Shown here: positions 1-10,006 of the stretch, piece after piece
How positions within the stretch are numbered: position 1 is the stretch's first letter
How the letters are laid out: every line of letters begins with the position of its first letter
NCBI GenBank assembly: GCA_963806225.1
Contig: CAWDXG010000004.1
Coordinates: 4,896,001-4,960,000 of the forward strand
Length of the DNA stretch: 64,000 nt
From: an uncultured delta proteobacterium
Lineage (GTDB): Bacteria > Myxococcota_A > Polyangia > Polyangiales > Polyangiaceae
Reading direction: 5' to 3'
Notes under the pieces: model-generated
Told to the model about the DNA's origin: nothing
What the model saw: only the letters and a program-made list of their open reading frames with translations
Databases searched by the model: none
Position numbers and translations under genes: made by a program

Positions 1-112
1 CCTCATGAGGTTAGCGATGTGAAGCTTTCAAAGATGAAATGATCGCCTTCTTGTGTGCACGGTCCGGGTGATGCGTCGGCGTCCTCGAGGCCCTGTAATC
101 TCCGGCGTTCAT

Positions 113-141
113 TTGCAATTTCGCACGCGCGCTGCTACCTC
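113..141 (+). promoter_or_regulatory. Putative sigma70-type promoter (TTGCAA-17bp-TACCTC, with TG extension)
   Basis: TTGCAA at 113-118, 17-bp spacer, TGc-TACCTC at 133-141; predicted start near 148 coincides with the base of a long hairpin. Confidence 0.4.
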
Positions 142-147
142 AATCGC

Positions 148-203
148 GTCCGCGTGGAGCGAGGCTGTCCCCCCCCCGGCCCCTCTGCGCGGACACTTTT
201 TTT
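148..203 (+). ncRNA. Candidate small RNA / intrinsic terminator hairpin with C-rich loop and U7 tail
   Basis: 148-167 pairs with 177-194 (18 bp including G-U pairs, two bulged bases), loop TCCCCCCCC, followed by T7 at 197-203. Confidence 0.35.
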
Positions 204-388
204 GTCCGCACGACGTCACGGGACGGCGGCGCGGGGAGCGTTCCGGGTGGGATGGCGCGCTGCGGCGTAATCGCTCGAGCGCGGGGATCCATGGCTGGGA
301 GGGCCGGAAGCATCGGGTTGCCGCTCTCTGCTGTGACAGCGACCGCGAGAACCGGTAACCTTCTCGCTCGGCTTTCCAGGAGATCAGT

Positions 389-3253
389 TTGCGCTTTTCC
401 AGACGCTCGGGGCTCTACTCGTTTCTCGGTCTCGGTCTCGTCGGCGTCCTGGCGGCGCTTGCGAGCTGCTCGTCCAGCAAGGTGCCGGAGCAGAACAACC
501 CGGTACCGGGTCCGGGGGAACAGTGCGTTGCTCTAGACCAGCAGCCGCCCGTCCAGATCCACATCCATCCCGCGTTCGTCGCGGTGGCGCCGGGCAAGGA
601 GCGCGAGGTCGACGTCCAGGTCGAGCCAGACTTCTGCAAGCCGGCGAAGCTCACGTTCTCGGTCGATAGCCCCGGTGTGGTCGCAGCGCCGAAGGCCCAG
701 CGGATCGACCTCGTCACGCCCGGGGCCAAGATCGTGTTGAAGGGGCTCAAGGCCGGCAAGGCGACGCTCACCGCGAGCATCCCGAGCGGCGACGGAACCG
801 ACTCGACGGCCACGTTGCCCATCGAGGTAACGAGCGCGGACATCCCGGCCTGTTCGGGAAGCGGCTCGGGCAAGCTCGACGACGGCGTCACGGTGAGAGG
901 CACCGGCGGTCTCGTCGGCGCGTCCATCGGTCTGCAGAAGGGTGCGACCAAGCCGAACTCGGGCAGCTTCCTCTGGCACGTCGATCCGTTCGACGTGACC
1001 CTTGCGTGCGCCAAGGACCAGGTGCCGAAGGGCTTCACCCGGCTCGGGCCGGCGGTGACGTTCGCGCCCGCCGACATGGAGCTGAAGCGGGAGATCCCGT
1101 TCACGCTGCCGGTGGACCTGGCCGCCATGCCGCCGAAGGCGCGGCTCCGGCACGTCACCGTGTCGTACTCCGGTCCTCACGCGAAGGCGCCGCGCGCCAT
1201 CCCGATCGCGGACCCGCGCTTCGTCCACGACGAGCACGGCTACCAGCTGTACTTCATGGCGCCGTGGCTCGGGACGTACCAGGCCATCGTCAAGAGCGAC
1301 GCGGGCACGGTGACGTTCAAGCGCCACCTCACGCATCGCGCGCTTATCGGCGTGTCCATGGGCGGCGGCGGATCCGCAATGGACGGCCTGCGCAACCACC
1401 AGAAGTTCGACGTGGTCGCTCCGCTCGGTGGTCCCGTCGACTGGACCTGGATGCTCGGTTACATCGAGCGCAACCACATGGGGGGCTTCCTGCCGAACGA
1501 CGGCACGAACGTGCCGACCCAGCTCGCGCCGATGCCGGCCGCGCCGCTTCCCTACGAGCACCCCTGCACCTTCGACCAGTGGTGGTACGAGTACCCGAAG
1601 AATGGCAACGGCGGCAGCTTCCCGCGCTCGGAGTACGTGCAGATCTTCCGGGACCTCGCGCTCATGTTCGGCAACCCGAACAGCTACAACCCGGCGCCGA
1701 ACGCCGAGAACCTGCCGGCGGGCGTGCCGCCCACAGACAAGTCGGTCGTGGGCGATCATCCGGGCAACGAATGCGCGGTGTACGTCGACCCGATCAGCGG
1801 CGACCCGAACGAGGCAAAGCAGCAGGAGCTTGCCAAGGACTGCCCCGTCGAGCGCTGCAAGCACACGCTCGTCCTGCACAACTACTACGACGACGAGTTC
1901 AATCCGAAGGGCACCTTCCCGGTCATCACGGTGTGCGACGGCTCGCCGCAGGATCCGTCGCTGACGCCTTATGCGAACACGTGGAGCCCGACGGGCGATG
2001 ACAGCCCGCTCGAGCTGGCGCTGGCGGTCGACTACAACAACAACGGCGTCCGCGACCAGAACGAGCCCCTCATCCGCGACGGTCATGAGCCCTTCGACGA
2101 CGTAGGCATCGACGGCAAGGCCGACAAGGACGAGCCCGGCTACAAGGCGGGCGTCAACGACGACCCGGACGGAGACGACTACAACCCGCAGTACAACCCG
2201 TCCGGCACCGAGGGCAACTGGCGCTACGACAAGGGCGAACCGTTCAAGGACTACGGGCTCGACGGCGTTCCGAACACCAAGCAGAGCCCCTACGACTACG
2301 GTGAGGGCAACGGCAAGTTCGACATGTCGCCGGGGTACGCGACATTCCTGAAGCGCGATTCACGCAGCATCCTCGAGCAGCTGCCGATCGCGAACCAGAA
2401 GGAGCCGCTGGACGATGCGGCGCTCCAGCGCCTCGATGTGTGGAGCGACGGCGGGACGCGCGATCTCTTCAACTTTGCCGTGGATGCGCAGGCGCTGGCG
2501 GGCTCGCTCGCGGAGCGCGGGCGTATCGTGCACTACTACACGTCCTGGGATCGCATCCCGGGTCAGCTCTGGGGCACTCCGAACCAGTTCCAGGCGGGGC
2601 TTACCGACTGGGGTGCCGTGCCGGGTGCCGTGCTGCTCCGCTACGGCAAGATCGATCCAACGCCGGCCGACATCGAGTCCGGCACCGGTCAGCACGTCGG
2701 GACCGCCGACGACATCGCGCGGCGGCTACAGGAGGCGCTCTACTACATCGGCTCACGCTGGCCCGACGCGCCGCGAACGCTGGACGAGACGTCCGCGCAG
2801 AATCCGGACCCGAACGCACCGACCTGCGAGGTGCAGCTCAGCTGCAAGTTCAACTTCACCGACTCGCGCGGGCGCACGGGGCCGGTCGGCGTGAACCTGC
2901 CGCCGGGCTACGCGAACGAGGCGAACAAGGACAAGCGCTACCCCGTCGTCTACGTGATGCACGGCTACGGCCAGACGCCGGAGGATCTGACGGCGTTCAT
3001 CGCGTTCATCGGCAACTGGATGAACAGCCCGCTGGATTCGACGGAGATGCGCCTGCCCAAGGCGATCATGGTCTACGTCGACGGTCGCTGCCGCCCCGGC
3101 AAGGACGAAGCCGAGTGCATCCGCGGCACGTTCTTCACCGACAGCGTGCGCAAGAACGGCCCCAAGATGGAAGGGTGGTTCGACGACCTGATGGCCGAGA
3201 TCGACAAGCGCTACCGGACCATGGGCCCGAGCGACATCGACTGGACCGAGTAG
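389..3253 (+). CDS. Large lipoprotein with alpha/beta-hydrolase (esterase-like) motifs and Asp-rich putative Ca-binding insert
   Basis: 954-aa ORF, SD AGGAG upstream of TTG, lipobox LASC, GVSMGG nucleophile elbow, LPPGY...RYPVVYVMHGYG esterase motif at the C-terminus. Confidence 0.8.
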   Translation: MRFSRRSGLYSFLGLGLVGVLAALASCSSSKVPEQNNPVPGPGEQCVALDQQPPVQIHIHPAFVAVAPGKEREVDVQVEPDFCKPAKLTFSVDSPGVVAAPKAQRIDLVTPGAKIVLKGLKAGKATLTASIPSGDGTDSTATLPIEVTSADIPACSGSGSGKLDDGVTVRGTGGLVGASIGLQKGATKPNSGSFLWHVDPFDVTLACAKDQVPKGFTRLGPAVTFAPADMELKREIPFTLPVDLAAMPPKARLRHVTVSYSGPHAKAPRAIPIADPRFVHDEHGYQLYFMAPWLGTYQAIVKSDAGTVTFKRHLTHRALIGVSMGGGGSAMDGLRNHQKFDVVAPLGGPVDWTWMLGYIERNHMGGFLPNDGTNVPTQLAPMPAAPLPYEHPCTFDQWWYEYPKNGNGGSFPRSEYVQIFRDLALMFGNPNSYNPAPNAENLPAGVPPTDKSVVGDHPGNECAVYVDPISGDPNEAKQQELAKDCPVERCKHTLVLHNYYDDEFNPKGTFPVITVCDGSPQDPSLTPYANTWSPTGDDSPLELALAVDYNNNGVRDQNEPLIRDGHEPFDDVGIDGKADKDEPGYKAGVNDDPDGDDYNPQYNPSGTEGNWRYDKGEPFKDYGLDGVPNTKQSPYDYGEGNGKFDMSPGYATFLKRDSRSILEQLPIANQKEPLDDAALQRLDVWSDGGTRDLFNFAVDAQALAGSLAERGRIVHYYTSWDRIPGQLWGTPNQFQAGLTDWGAVPGAVLLRYGKIDPTPADIESGTGQHVGTADDIARRLQEALYYIGSRWPDAPRTLDETSAQNPDPNAPTCEVQLSCKFNFTDSRGRTGPVGVNLPPGYANEANKDKRYPVVYVMHGYGQTPEDLTAFIAFIGNWMNSPLDSTEMRLPKAIMVYVDGRCRPGKDEAECIRGTFFTDSVRKNGPKMEGWFDDLMAEIDKRYRTMGPSDIDWTE

Positions 3254-3261
3254 GTCGTCGC

Positions 3262-4302
3262 CTAGCCTGGACGACGACGCAGCGCCGCGCCCAGCGCGAT
3301 GACGAGCCCCAGCAGCGCAGGAGCAGAGCCACCTGCTGGATCCGGCGTTGCGCTGCAGCCGCTGCTCGCGCTCGCGCCGTCCGCGAAGCCGCCGGCGTAG
3401 AGCTCCTTCATCGCGCTCTGGTCGTCGCTCTGGAGCACGCGCTTGTTGAGCTGGCAGCGGCCCGTGGCGCGGTACATCGTGGCGCAGTTGTCCGTCTCGT
3501 CTTCGCCGAGCCCGAGGAAGTGCCCGACCTCGTGCGTGGCGACGCTGGCCAGGTCGTAGCGGCCACCGCACGCCACGACGTGCTCGCCGCCGCAGCTGGC
3601 GGACTGTGCGTGCTCTCCCTCGCTCTCGTGGTCGTCGTGCTGCGCTTGCTGGTCCGCGCCGGGCGGGGCGGCGTCCAGCACGCCGAAGTGATGCCGGGAG
3701 TTGATCACCAGGTCGGCTTCGAGAATGGCCCCGGTGTCCGGATCGGTGAACGTGAGGGTCAGGGCGAGGTCGTTCCGGTGCCCCGGCATGTCGATGGGCG
3801 CGTACACGACGCTGTTCTTCCCGTCGGGCTGTTCGGAGACCCGCGTGCCGTGAGCCGAGTCGAACGACAGCGCGGGGACATCGGCGCCGCTCGTGAGCCA
3901 GGTGCCGAACGCGCTCTCGACGGCCTGGCGCGCCGCGGGACCGAGCGCGTCGACCGAGTCGTCGATCGTCACCGTGACGTGGCCGTTCTGCCAGCGCTCT
4001 TCCGCGCCGTTGGGAGCGCGCTTCGGCGAGGCATGGCCGCTGATGATGACGAGCTTCGCGTGCTCGAGGCGCCCTCCCGGGTCGGTCCGGCTGATCTTCC
4101 ACAAGACGGCGCCGCCGAACGCCAGCGCCGCCACGGCCAGCCCGAGCAGCCAGAGGCGCAGGCGCGGGGGCCGCGGCGACCCGACGGAGGGAGGTTCTGG
4201 CTCCGGCGCAGGCGCCGGCTCGGTGCGGGACAGCGGCTGCAGGCTGCCGACCACCTGGGGGGGGATGCGGGGTGATCTGGAGGAAGAGGGTTGCGGGTCC
4301 AT
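3262..4302 (-). CDS. Matrixin/metzincin-like metalloprotease with MYXO-CTERM-like sorting tail
   Basis: HEVGHFLGLGE zinc motif, ATMY Met-turn, C-terminal SGCS + hydrophobic stretch + RRR. Confidence 0.75.
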   Translation of the reverse strand: MDPQPSSSRSPRIPPQVVGSLQPLSRTEPAPAPEPEPPSVGSPRPPRLRLWLLGLAVAALAFGGAVLWKISRTDPGGRLEHAKLVIISGHASPKRAPNGAEERWQNGHVTVTIDDSVDALGPAARQAVESAFGTWLTSGADVPALSFDSAHGTRVSEQPDGKNSVVYAPIDMPGHRNDLALTLTFTDPDTGAILEADLVINSRHHFGVLDAAPPGADQQAQHDDHESEGEHAQSASCGGEHVVACGGRYDLASVATHEVGHFLGLGEDETDNCATMYRATGRCQLNKRVLQSDDQSAMKELYAGGFADGASASSGCSATPDPAGGSAPALLGLVIALGAALRRRPG

Positions 4303-4369
4303 GCCGGGGGCTCGATCCCCAGTACGGCCGGATCCTGCCGGACTTTAGGCTCCGCTCGCCCGGCGCCGA

Positions 4370-5215
4370 CTAGTCCTCGGAAGGCTTCATCAGCTTCTCG
4401 GCGATCTGCTCGCCGAGCTCGGTGGCGCGATGCGTCGCGGTTTCCACGGCATCGATGAGCGTACGGCGCAGGCCGCCGGATTCCAGGGTGTGCAGCCCGG
4501 CGATGGCCGTGCCGCCCGGGCTCGTCACCATGTCCTTCAGCCGCCCCGGATGCTCGCCCGTATCGAGCAGCAGCTTGGCGGAACCGAACACCGTCTGCGC
4601 CGCCAAGAGCAACGCCGTATCGCGGTGCAGCCCGACCTTCACGCCGCCATCGGCCAGCGCCTCGATGATCAGCATGATGTAGGCCGGCCCGCTGCCGGAG
4701 AGTCCCGTGGCGGCATCGATCAGCATCTCGTCCACGGTCACCGAGCGCCCCACGGCGTCGAACAGCTTGCGCGCCGTCTGCACGTCATCGTCGGTCGCAT
4801 GCGCTCCGGGCGCTATTGCCGTCGCGCTGGCCAGGGCGATTGCCGCCGTGTTGGGCATCGCGCGCACCACGCGCACTCCCTCGGCCAACCGCGACTCGAT
4901 GGCGCGGATCGGGACGCCCGCGGCGATGGATACGACCAGCGTGTGGGGCGCGAACGCGTCGCCGACCTGATCGAGCACGCGGTCGATCACCTGCGGCTTG
5001 ACTGCCAGCACGATGAGATCCGCCCATTCGACCAGCGCGCGGTTGTCTTTCGTGGTGGCGATGCCGTGCTGTTGTTCGAGTGCCTCGAGGCGCTCCTGCC
5101 GGATGTCGCTCGCGCGGATCTGCTCGGGCGTCACCATTCCGGACGCGAGCAGGCCGCGGATCAGCGCGCCCGCCATGTTTCCGGCACCCAGCATTCCGAT
5201 ACGTCGCGATTCCAT
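4370..5215 (-). CDS. proC: Pyrroline-5-carboxylate reductase
   Basis: IGMLGAGNMAGA Rossmann motif, LAVKPQ, RAMPNT, GSGPAY, VTSPGGT; start placed at the ATG at 5215. Confidence 0.95.
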   Translation of the reverse strand: MESRRIGMLGAGNMAGALIRGLLASGMVTPEQIRASDIRQERLEALEQQHGIATTKDNRALVEWADLIVLAVKPQVIDRVLDQVGDAFAPHTLVVSIAAGVPIRAIESRLAEGVRVVRAMPNTAAIALASATAIAPGAHATDDDVQTARKLFDAVGRSVTVDEMLIDAATGLSGSGPAYIMLIIEALADGGVKVGLHRDTALLLAAQTVFGSAKLLLDTGEHPGRLKDMVTSPGGTAIAGLHTLESGGLRRTLIDAVETATHRATELGEQIAEKLMKPSED

Positions 5216-5228
5216 GCTTGCTCTCCTT

Positions 5229-5933
5229 CTAGCCCCGGCCGTCGAATGGCACACCGAAGCGCACGAGGGCGCCCCGCACCTCTTCCGGCGTGGTGCAGGC
5301 TGCCACGCGCGGGGGCAGCTCGCGAGAGGGATCTGCGGGGAACCACACGGCGCGGGCGCCGACGCCGAGCGCGCCGCGCACGTCGGCTTCCCACGAGTCG
5401 CCGACGTGGACGAGCGCGCTCGGCGCGACGCCCAGGCGCTCGCAGGCCCACTCGAAGATGCGCGCGTCCGGCTTCTCGAAACCCAGCCTCCCCGAGTCGG
5501 CGACGCAGCGGAAGCGATCCGCCCAGCCGAGCTCGTCGAACAGCTCCAGGATGCGCCCTTCCGAGTTCGAGACGACGCCGACCGGCACGCCCGCCTGCTC
5601 CAGGGCATCGACCAGTTCGAGCATGCCGGCTACCGGCTTCCGCCAAAGGTTGTGCTTCGGCTGCTCCGTCCACAGCCATGCGGCAAGCTCCCTGCTCAGT
5701 GCATCCGGCAGCCCGGAGTGCGACAGCAGCGTGGTCATGAAGCCGAGCCAGGCCTCGCGACCTTCCCGGCCACTTCGCTTGGCGTCGTTGTAGGCCGTCC
5801 AGGCGGCGGGCGTTTCGCGTTCGGCGACGTGGGGGTCGAGGTGCGCGCCGCGCTCGGCGACGCGGCGCGCGAGCAGATCGTGATCCAGGTCGACCAGGGT
5901 CTGCCCCAGGTCGAAGGTGACAGCGCCGCTCAT
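5229..5933 (-). CDS. HAD-superfamily hydrolase
   Basis: FDLGQTLVD motif I, VVSN motif II, KPD, HVGDSWEAD motif IV; overlaps the dnaJ stop. Confidence 0.85.
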   Translation of the reverse strand: MSGAVTFDLGQTLVDLDHDLLARRVAERGAHLDPHVAERETPAAWTAYNDAKRSGREGREAWLGFMTTLLSHSGLPDALSRELAAWLWTEQPKHNLWRKPVAGMLELVDALEQAGVPVGVVSNSEGRILELFDELGWADRFRCVADSGRLGFEKPDARIFEWACERLGVAPSALVHVGDSWEADVRGALGVGARAVWFPADPSRELPPRVAACTTPEEVRGALVRFGVPFDGRG

Positions 5934-7018
5934 CCGAACAGGCTCTTCAGTTTCTCGACGAACGAGCGCTGCTGGGGTTGCACCTCTTCGCCCAGCTCGT
6001 GGGCCAGCTCCTCGATGAGCTCCTGCGCGCGCGGCGTCACGTGCGAAGGTACCTCCACCGTGACCTCGACCAGCTGGTCGCCCCGTCCGCTTCGCAGCCG
6101 ATGCGCAATGCCCTTGCCGCGGATGCGCAGCACACTGCCCGGTTGGGTGGACGGCGGAATGCGGAGCTTCACCTTGCCGTCAAGCGTTGGAACCTCGACC
6201 TCGCCGCCGATGGCGGCCTGGGCGAACGTGACGGGGACCGCGCAGACGACGTTGTCGCCGTCGCGCCGGAAGAACGGGTGCGCAGCGACCTCCACCAGGA
6301 TCTCGAGATCCCCCGGAGGCCTGTCGGGGCGCGTGCGATTGCCGCCGCGGTCGATCGTGCGGCCGGCCCCGGACTCGATGCCGGCAGGGATGTCGATCTC
6401 GATCGTGCGCGTGCGCTTCTCGAGCCCGCTGCCCCGGCAGGTGCCGCAGGTCGTCGTCGGGATGCGGCCGCGCCCGTGGCACGTCGAGCAGGCGCGTTCG
6501 ACCGGAAGCGGGAACAGCCCCTGCTGGAAGCGGACGCGTCCGCGGCCTCCGCAGGCACCGCACACCTCGATGCGGCTCCCGGGCTCGGCCCCTTGCCCGC
6601 CGCAGTGCTCGCACAGATCCACCCGCTCGTAGGACAGCTCGCGCCGGCAACCGCGCGCTGCCTCGTCGAACTCGATCTTGATGCGCTTCTTCAGGTCGCC
6701 GCGGTCGCCGGTGCGGATGCCAAACGCGCCGAGGATGTCGCCGAAGATCCCGTCCAGGCTGCCCAGGTCGAAATCCATCGCGGGGCCGGCGCTGCCGGGC
6801 TGGAAGGCTGCAGCGCCGTAGCGGTCGAACGCGGCGCGCTTCTGCGGATCCGACAGGATCTGGTAGGCGGCGTTCAGCTCCGTGAAGCGCGCGTGGGCGT
6901 GCTCGTCCCCCGGGTTCCGGTCGGGGTGGTGGCGCGCCGCAAGGCGGCGGAATGCGGACTTGATCTCCGCATCCGAGGCTTTTCGCCCGACTTCGAGCAC
7001 CTCGTAGGGGTCGCGCAC
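5930..7018 (-). CDS. dnaJ: Chaperone DnaJ (class A)
   Basis: J domain with HPD, four CxxCxGxG repeats, C-terminal substrate-binding domain. Confidence 0.92.
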   Translation of the reverse strand: MRDPYEVLEVGRKASDAEIKSAFRRLAARHHPDRNPGDEHAHARFTELNAAYQILSDPQKRAAFDRYGAAAFQPGSAGPAMDFDLGSLDGIFGDILGAFGIRTGDRGDLKKRIKIEFDEAARGCRRELSYERVDLCEHCGGQGAEPGSRIEVCGACGGRGRVRFQQGLFPLPVERACSTCHGRGRIPTTTCGTCRGSGLEKRTRTIEIDIPAGIESGAGRTIDRGGNRTRPDRPPGDLEILVEVAAHPFFRRDGDNVVCAVPVTFAQAAIGGEVEVPTLDGKVKLRIPPSTQPGSVLRIRGKGIAHRLRSGRGDQLVEVTVEVPSHVTPRAQELIEELAHELGEEVQPQQRSFVEKLKSLFG

Positions 7019-7158
7019 CAGGGCTTGATACCACGGACTGCCCCGACTGGCGTGCGGGGGCCTGGGCCACCGGTAGAAGCCGCAGGAGGCGTGCCGGTGG
7101 CGTTCTGTTCCAGTTGGGGGCTTGGCCGCGCGCCCGGCGCCCGACTACTCTGGCGTCG

Positions 7159-7560
7159 ATGAGTTCCGATGACGACGACCGGCGCCGCCACGACCGCACG
7201 CCGATCGAGCTCAAGGTCGAGTACAAGCGCTTGAACACGTTCTTCGCGGACTACACGAAGAACATCTCGCGCGGCGGAACCTTCATCTCGACGCAGAAGC
7301 CGTTGCCCATCGGGACGGAGTTCATCTTCGCGCTGGGCGTCCCGCAGATGGATCAACCTCTGAGGCTCCGCGGCAAGGTCATCTGGATCACCCACCTCGA
7401 AGAGGCGAGCGGCGCCAACCCCGCCGGCATGGGCATCGAGTTCCAGTACACCGACGCCGAGGAGCGCCACGACAAGGAAGCCGCGGTCGAGCGCCTGCTC
7501 ACGGCAGAGTTCGGCGACCACCTGGCCGCCAAGCTGCTGGGCCGCAAGCCGCAGAGCTAG
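7159..7560 (+). CDS. PilZ-domain protein (myxobacterial TIGR02266-like)
   Basis: RRHDR (RxxxR), NISRGGTF (D/NxSxxG) and GMGIEF motifs. Confidence 0.85.
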   Translation: MSSDDDDRRRHDRTPIELKVEYKRLNTFFADYTKNISRGGTFISTQKPLPIGTEFIFALGVPQMDQPLRLRGKVIWITHLEEASGANPAGMGIEFQYTDAEERHDKEAAVERLLTAEFGDHLAAKLLGRKPQS

Positions 7561-7582
7561 CCGCCAGAGCCGCGGCCCGGGG

Positions 7583-9805
7583 TTACGGGAGCTGCACGCC
7601 GCTCGGCAGCTGCAGGCCCAGCGAGCCGCGATGCTTCGACACCACGTCACGGGCGATCGCGACCTCGACCAGTTCGATGGCTGGGCTCTTGGCGACCTCC
7701 TCGAGGCGCGGCAAAGCCGCCGCGGAGTCGCCGCTGACCTGCTGCTGCATGGCAACGTAGAACTTGGCTTCGGTCTGCTGCACGGGGTTCTTCGCGGCGG
7801 CCAAAAGCCCCTTGTCGTCGAGCCTGCCGCGCGCCCAGTCCCTGAGCCTCGTGGGCCAGTACGACGACTCGTCGATGGCGTCGAAGGCCTGTTCGACCGT
7901 GCCGTCCTCCGACACCTTGAGCTTCTCTTCCAGCAGCTTGAGCCAAAGGGCCGCGTACACGAGATCCTCGTCGTCCAGGCTGGCATCGACGGCCTTCTGC
8001 ACTGCCTTGCGCCCGGAGCCGAGGTCGTCCCGCAACAGCGCGCGGCGCGCCGCGTCGAGGATCGTGGCCGCGAGCTGGGAGCGGTTGCTGCGCGAGGCCT
8101 CGTAGGCCCGCTCGGTTGCGTGCCGTGCGGCTCGCGTGTTGCCGTACAGGTCGAGGATGCGTGCCAGCAGGCGTTCCGCCACGGCCTGGTCGGCAAGCGA
8201 GTGGGCGAGCTTGCGCGCGTCGAGCGCCCGCACGAGGGCGGTGGCGAGCGCAGAGCGGGCTTTCGCGCTCTGCCCCTTGTCGCGCTCGATCTCGAACGTG
8301 CTCAGCCAGGCGTCGGCCTCATCGGCGCGATCGCCGGTCTTCGCGGCCAGCTGGATCACCTGCTTCAACGACTCGAGCGCCTGATCCGTGGAACCACGCT
8401 GGCGGTCGATCGCGGCGAGCAGCTTGTAGCACCCGACCGAGGGCTGCTCCTTGACCGAGGCTTCCAGCTCGGGGCGCGCCTGCGCGAGGGCGCCGGCTTG
8501 CGTTTCCAGCGCTCCCATCACGTAGTGCAGCCGCGCGGCGCTGGGCCGCACCCGGCCCACCATCTGCTTGGACTCCGCCAGACGCAGGATCGGCCGGGCC
8601 GCGGCGAATGCGCGCCGGACCGCTGCGTGCTGGCCGATGTCGTCCTCGGCGATCATCGCCTGCAGCACCAACGCCATCGCGCTGCCGAGATCGTTGGCGG
8701 AGGGCTTGCTGCCGAGCGCACCGGCGAGCACCAGCGGCGCCGCTTCGGCCATCCCGTAGTGCAGCATCAACCCGGCGAGCGCCATGGCCGCCTGCGGCGA
8801 GCCGGGCTGGCTCCGGTACAGCTCGAGCGCGGAGCCCCACGCCGCGGCGCGCGCCAGATCGGCGTCCAGACCGGTTTCCGGTCGCTCGGAGGCGACCGCC
8901 GACTGGAACAGGTGGTAGAGATCGGTCCACGCGGCAGGGTCGTCGTCCTCTGCGGCACGCTGCAGACGGTCGCTGAGCCCCGGTGGCACGACCCGCGACA
9001 GGTCGGCCTTGTCGACGGCATCGAGCGCGCCCGCCGCGTCGCCGTTGCGAAGATAGAGCGCGACCAGGGCCGCACCGCCTGCGCGGATGGCGTGGTACGC
9101 CTCGATCGCCTCCTCGCGATCGAAGTTCGAACGGATGGGCACGTCGGCGGCGTTGAAGGAGAGCGCCTTCTGGACCCAGGCGACCGTCGCTTTGTGCGCG
9201 GCGTCCATCGTCGGCTTGCTGGGGGCAAACAGCGCGCGCTCGATCGCCGTGCGCTGTCTCGAGCCGGCCGCCTGCATCGGACCCGAGCCCGCCGCAATTC
9301 GATCCCACTTGGCCAGCGCGGCGAGGTGCCCTTCCACGTCCTTGCGCTGTGGACCCGGCGGCAGCACCCGTTCGAGCGTCTTGTACAGAGCGAAGGCGCG
9401 ACCCTCGTTGCCGACGCGCGCCACTTCGCGCGCGCCATCGGACAAAGCGTCGCTCGCGTGCTCGAACATCTCGGCGTGCAGCTCGCCGGTGCGGACCAGG
9501 TACAGCGCGCCGGTCAGCGCGGCCAGCCCCGCCTTGGCGTGCCCGCTGTCGAAGCGCTGCTTCGCGCGCTCAAGCTGCCTCTGCACGACACCGACCAGCA
9601 AATCGGTCCGTTTGGGGTTGCGCTCGCCGGAGATCAACACCTGGTAGGTGCTCGCGGCAAAGTCGGCGTCGCTGACCGCCACTGGATGCACCGGCGCGGT
9701 CGTTCCGTTGGCGCCGGGGCTCTTCGGGCCGGTCTGGACCGCCGGGCCGCACACGTTCACCCCGGCCAGCAGGGCGATCAGCGTTCCCACGGCTATGGCT
9801 CGCAT
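7583..9805 (-). CDS. Hypothetical exported helical-repeat (TPR-like) protein
   Basis: 740-aa Ala/Leu-rich ORF with N-terminal hydrophobic signal and a Cys (possible lipoprotein); typical high-GC codon usage. Confidence 0.7.
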   Translation of the reverse strand: MRAIAVGTLIALLAGVNVCGPAVQTGPKSPGANGTTAPVHPVAVSDADFAASTYQVLISGERNPKRTDLLVGVVQRQLERAKQRFDSGHAKAGLAALTGALYLVRTGELHAEMFEHASDALSDGAREVARVGNEGRAFALYKTLERVLPPGPQRKDVEGHLAALAKWDRIAAGSGPMQAAGSRQRTAIERALFAPSKPTMDAAHKATVAWVQKALSFNAADVPIRSNFDREEAIEAYHAIRAGGAALVALYLRNGDAAGALDAVDKADLSRVVPPGLSDRLQRAAEDDDPAAWTDLYHLFQSAVASERPETGLDADLARAAAWGSALELYRSQPGSPQAAMALAGLMLHYGMAEAAPLVLAGALGSKPSANDLGSAMALVLQAMIAEDDIGQHAAVRRAFAAARPILRLAESKQMVGRVRPSAARLHYVMGALETQAGALAQARPELEASVKEQPSVGCYKLLAAIDRQRGSTDQALESLKQVIQLAAKTGDRADEADAWLSTFEIERDKGQSAKARSALATALVRALDARKLAHSLADQAVAERLLARILDLYGNTRAARHATERAYEASRSNRSQLAATILDAARRALLRDDLGSGRKAVQKAVDASLDDEDLVYAALWLKLLEEKLKVSEDGTVEQAFDAIDESSYWPTRLRDWARGRLDDKGLLAAAKNPVQQTEAKFYVAMQQQVSGDSAAALPRLEEVAKSPAIELVEVAIARDVVSKHRGSLGLQLPSGVQLP

Positions 9806-10006
9806 TGGCGGGAGTCTACACGCCGGCGGCCGCCGTGCACGGTCCACCGACGCTTTCCGGGCCGATTCCTGCGGAGATCGCGCCCTCGGTTCCGGCGCGA
9901 CCGCTTCCGGCCCGGAGGTTGGCCCCGCGCTTCATCCGGCGTTTTCCGGTACGGCGTCGCCGCGCTAACGTAGGGCAGCCGCCGGGCAGGGCCGGGCGGT
10001 CCCATC

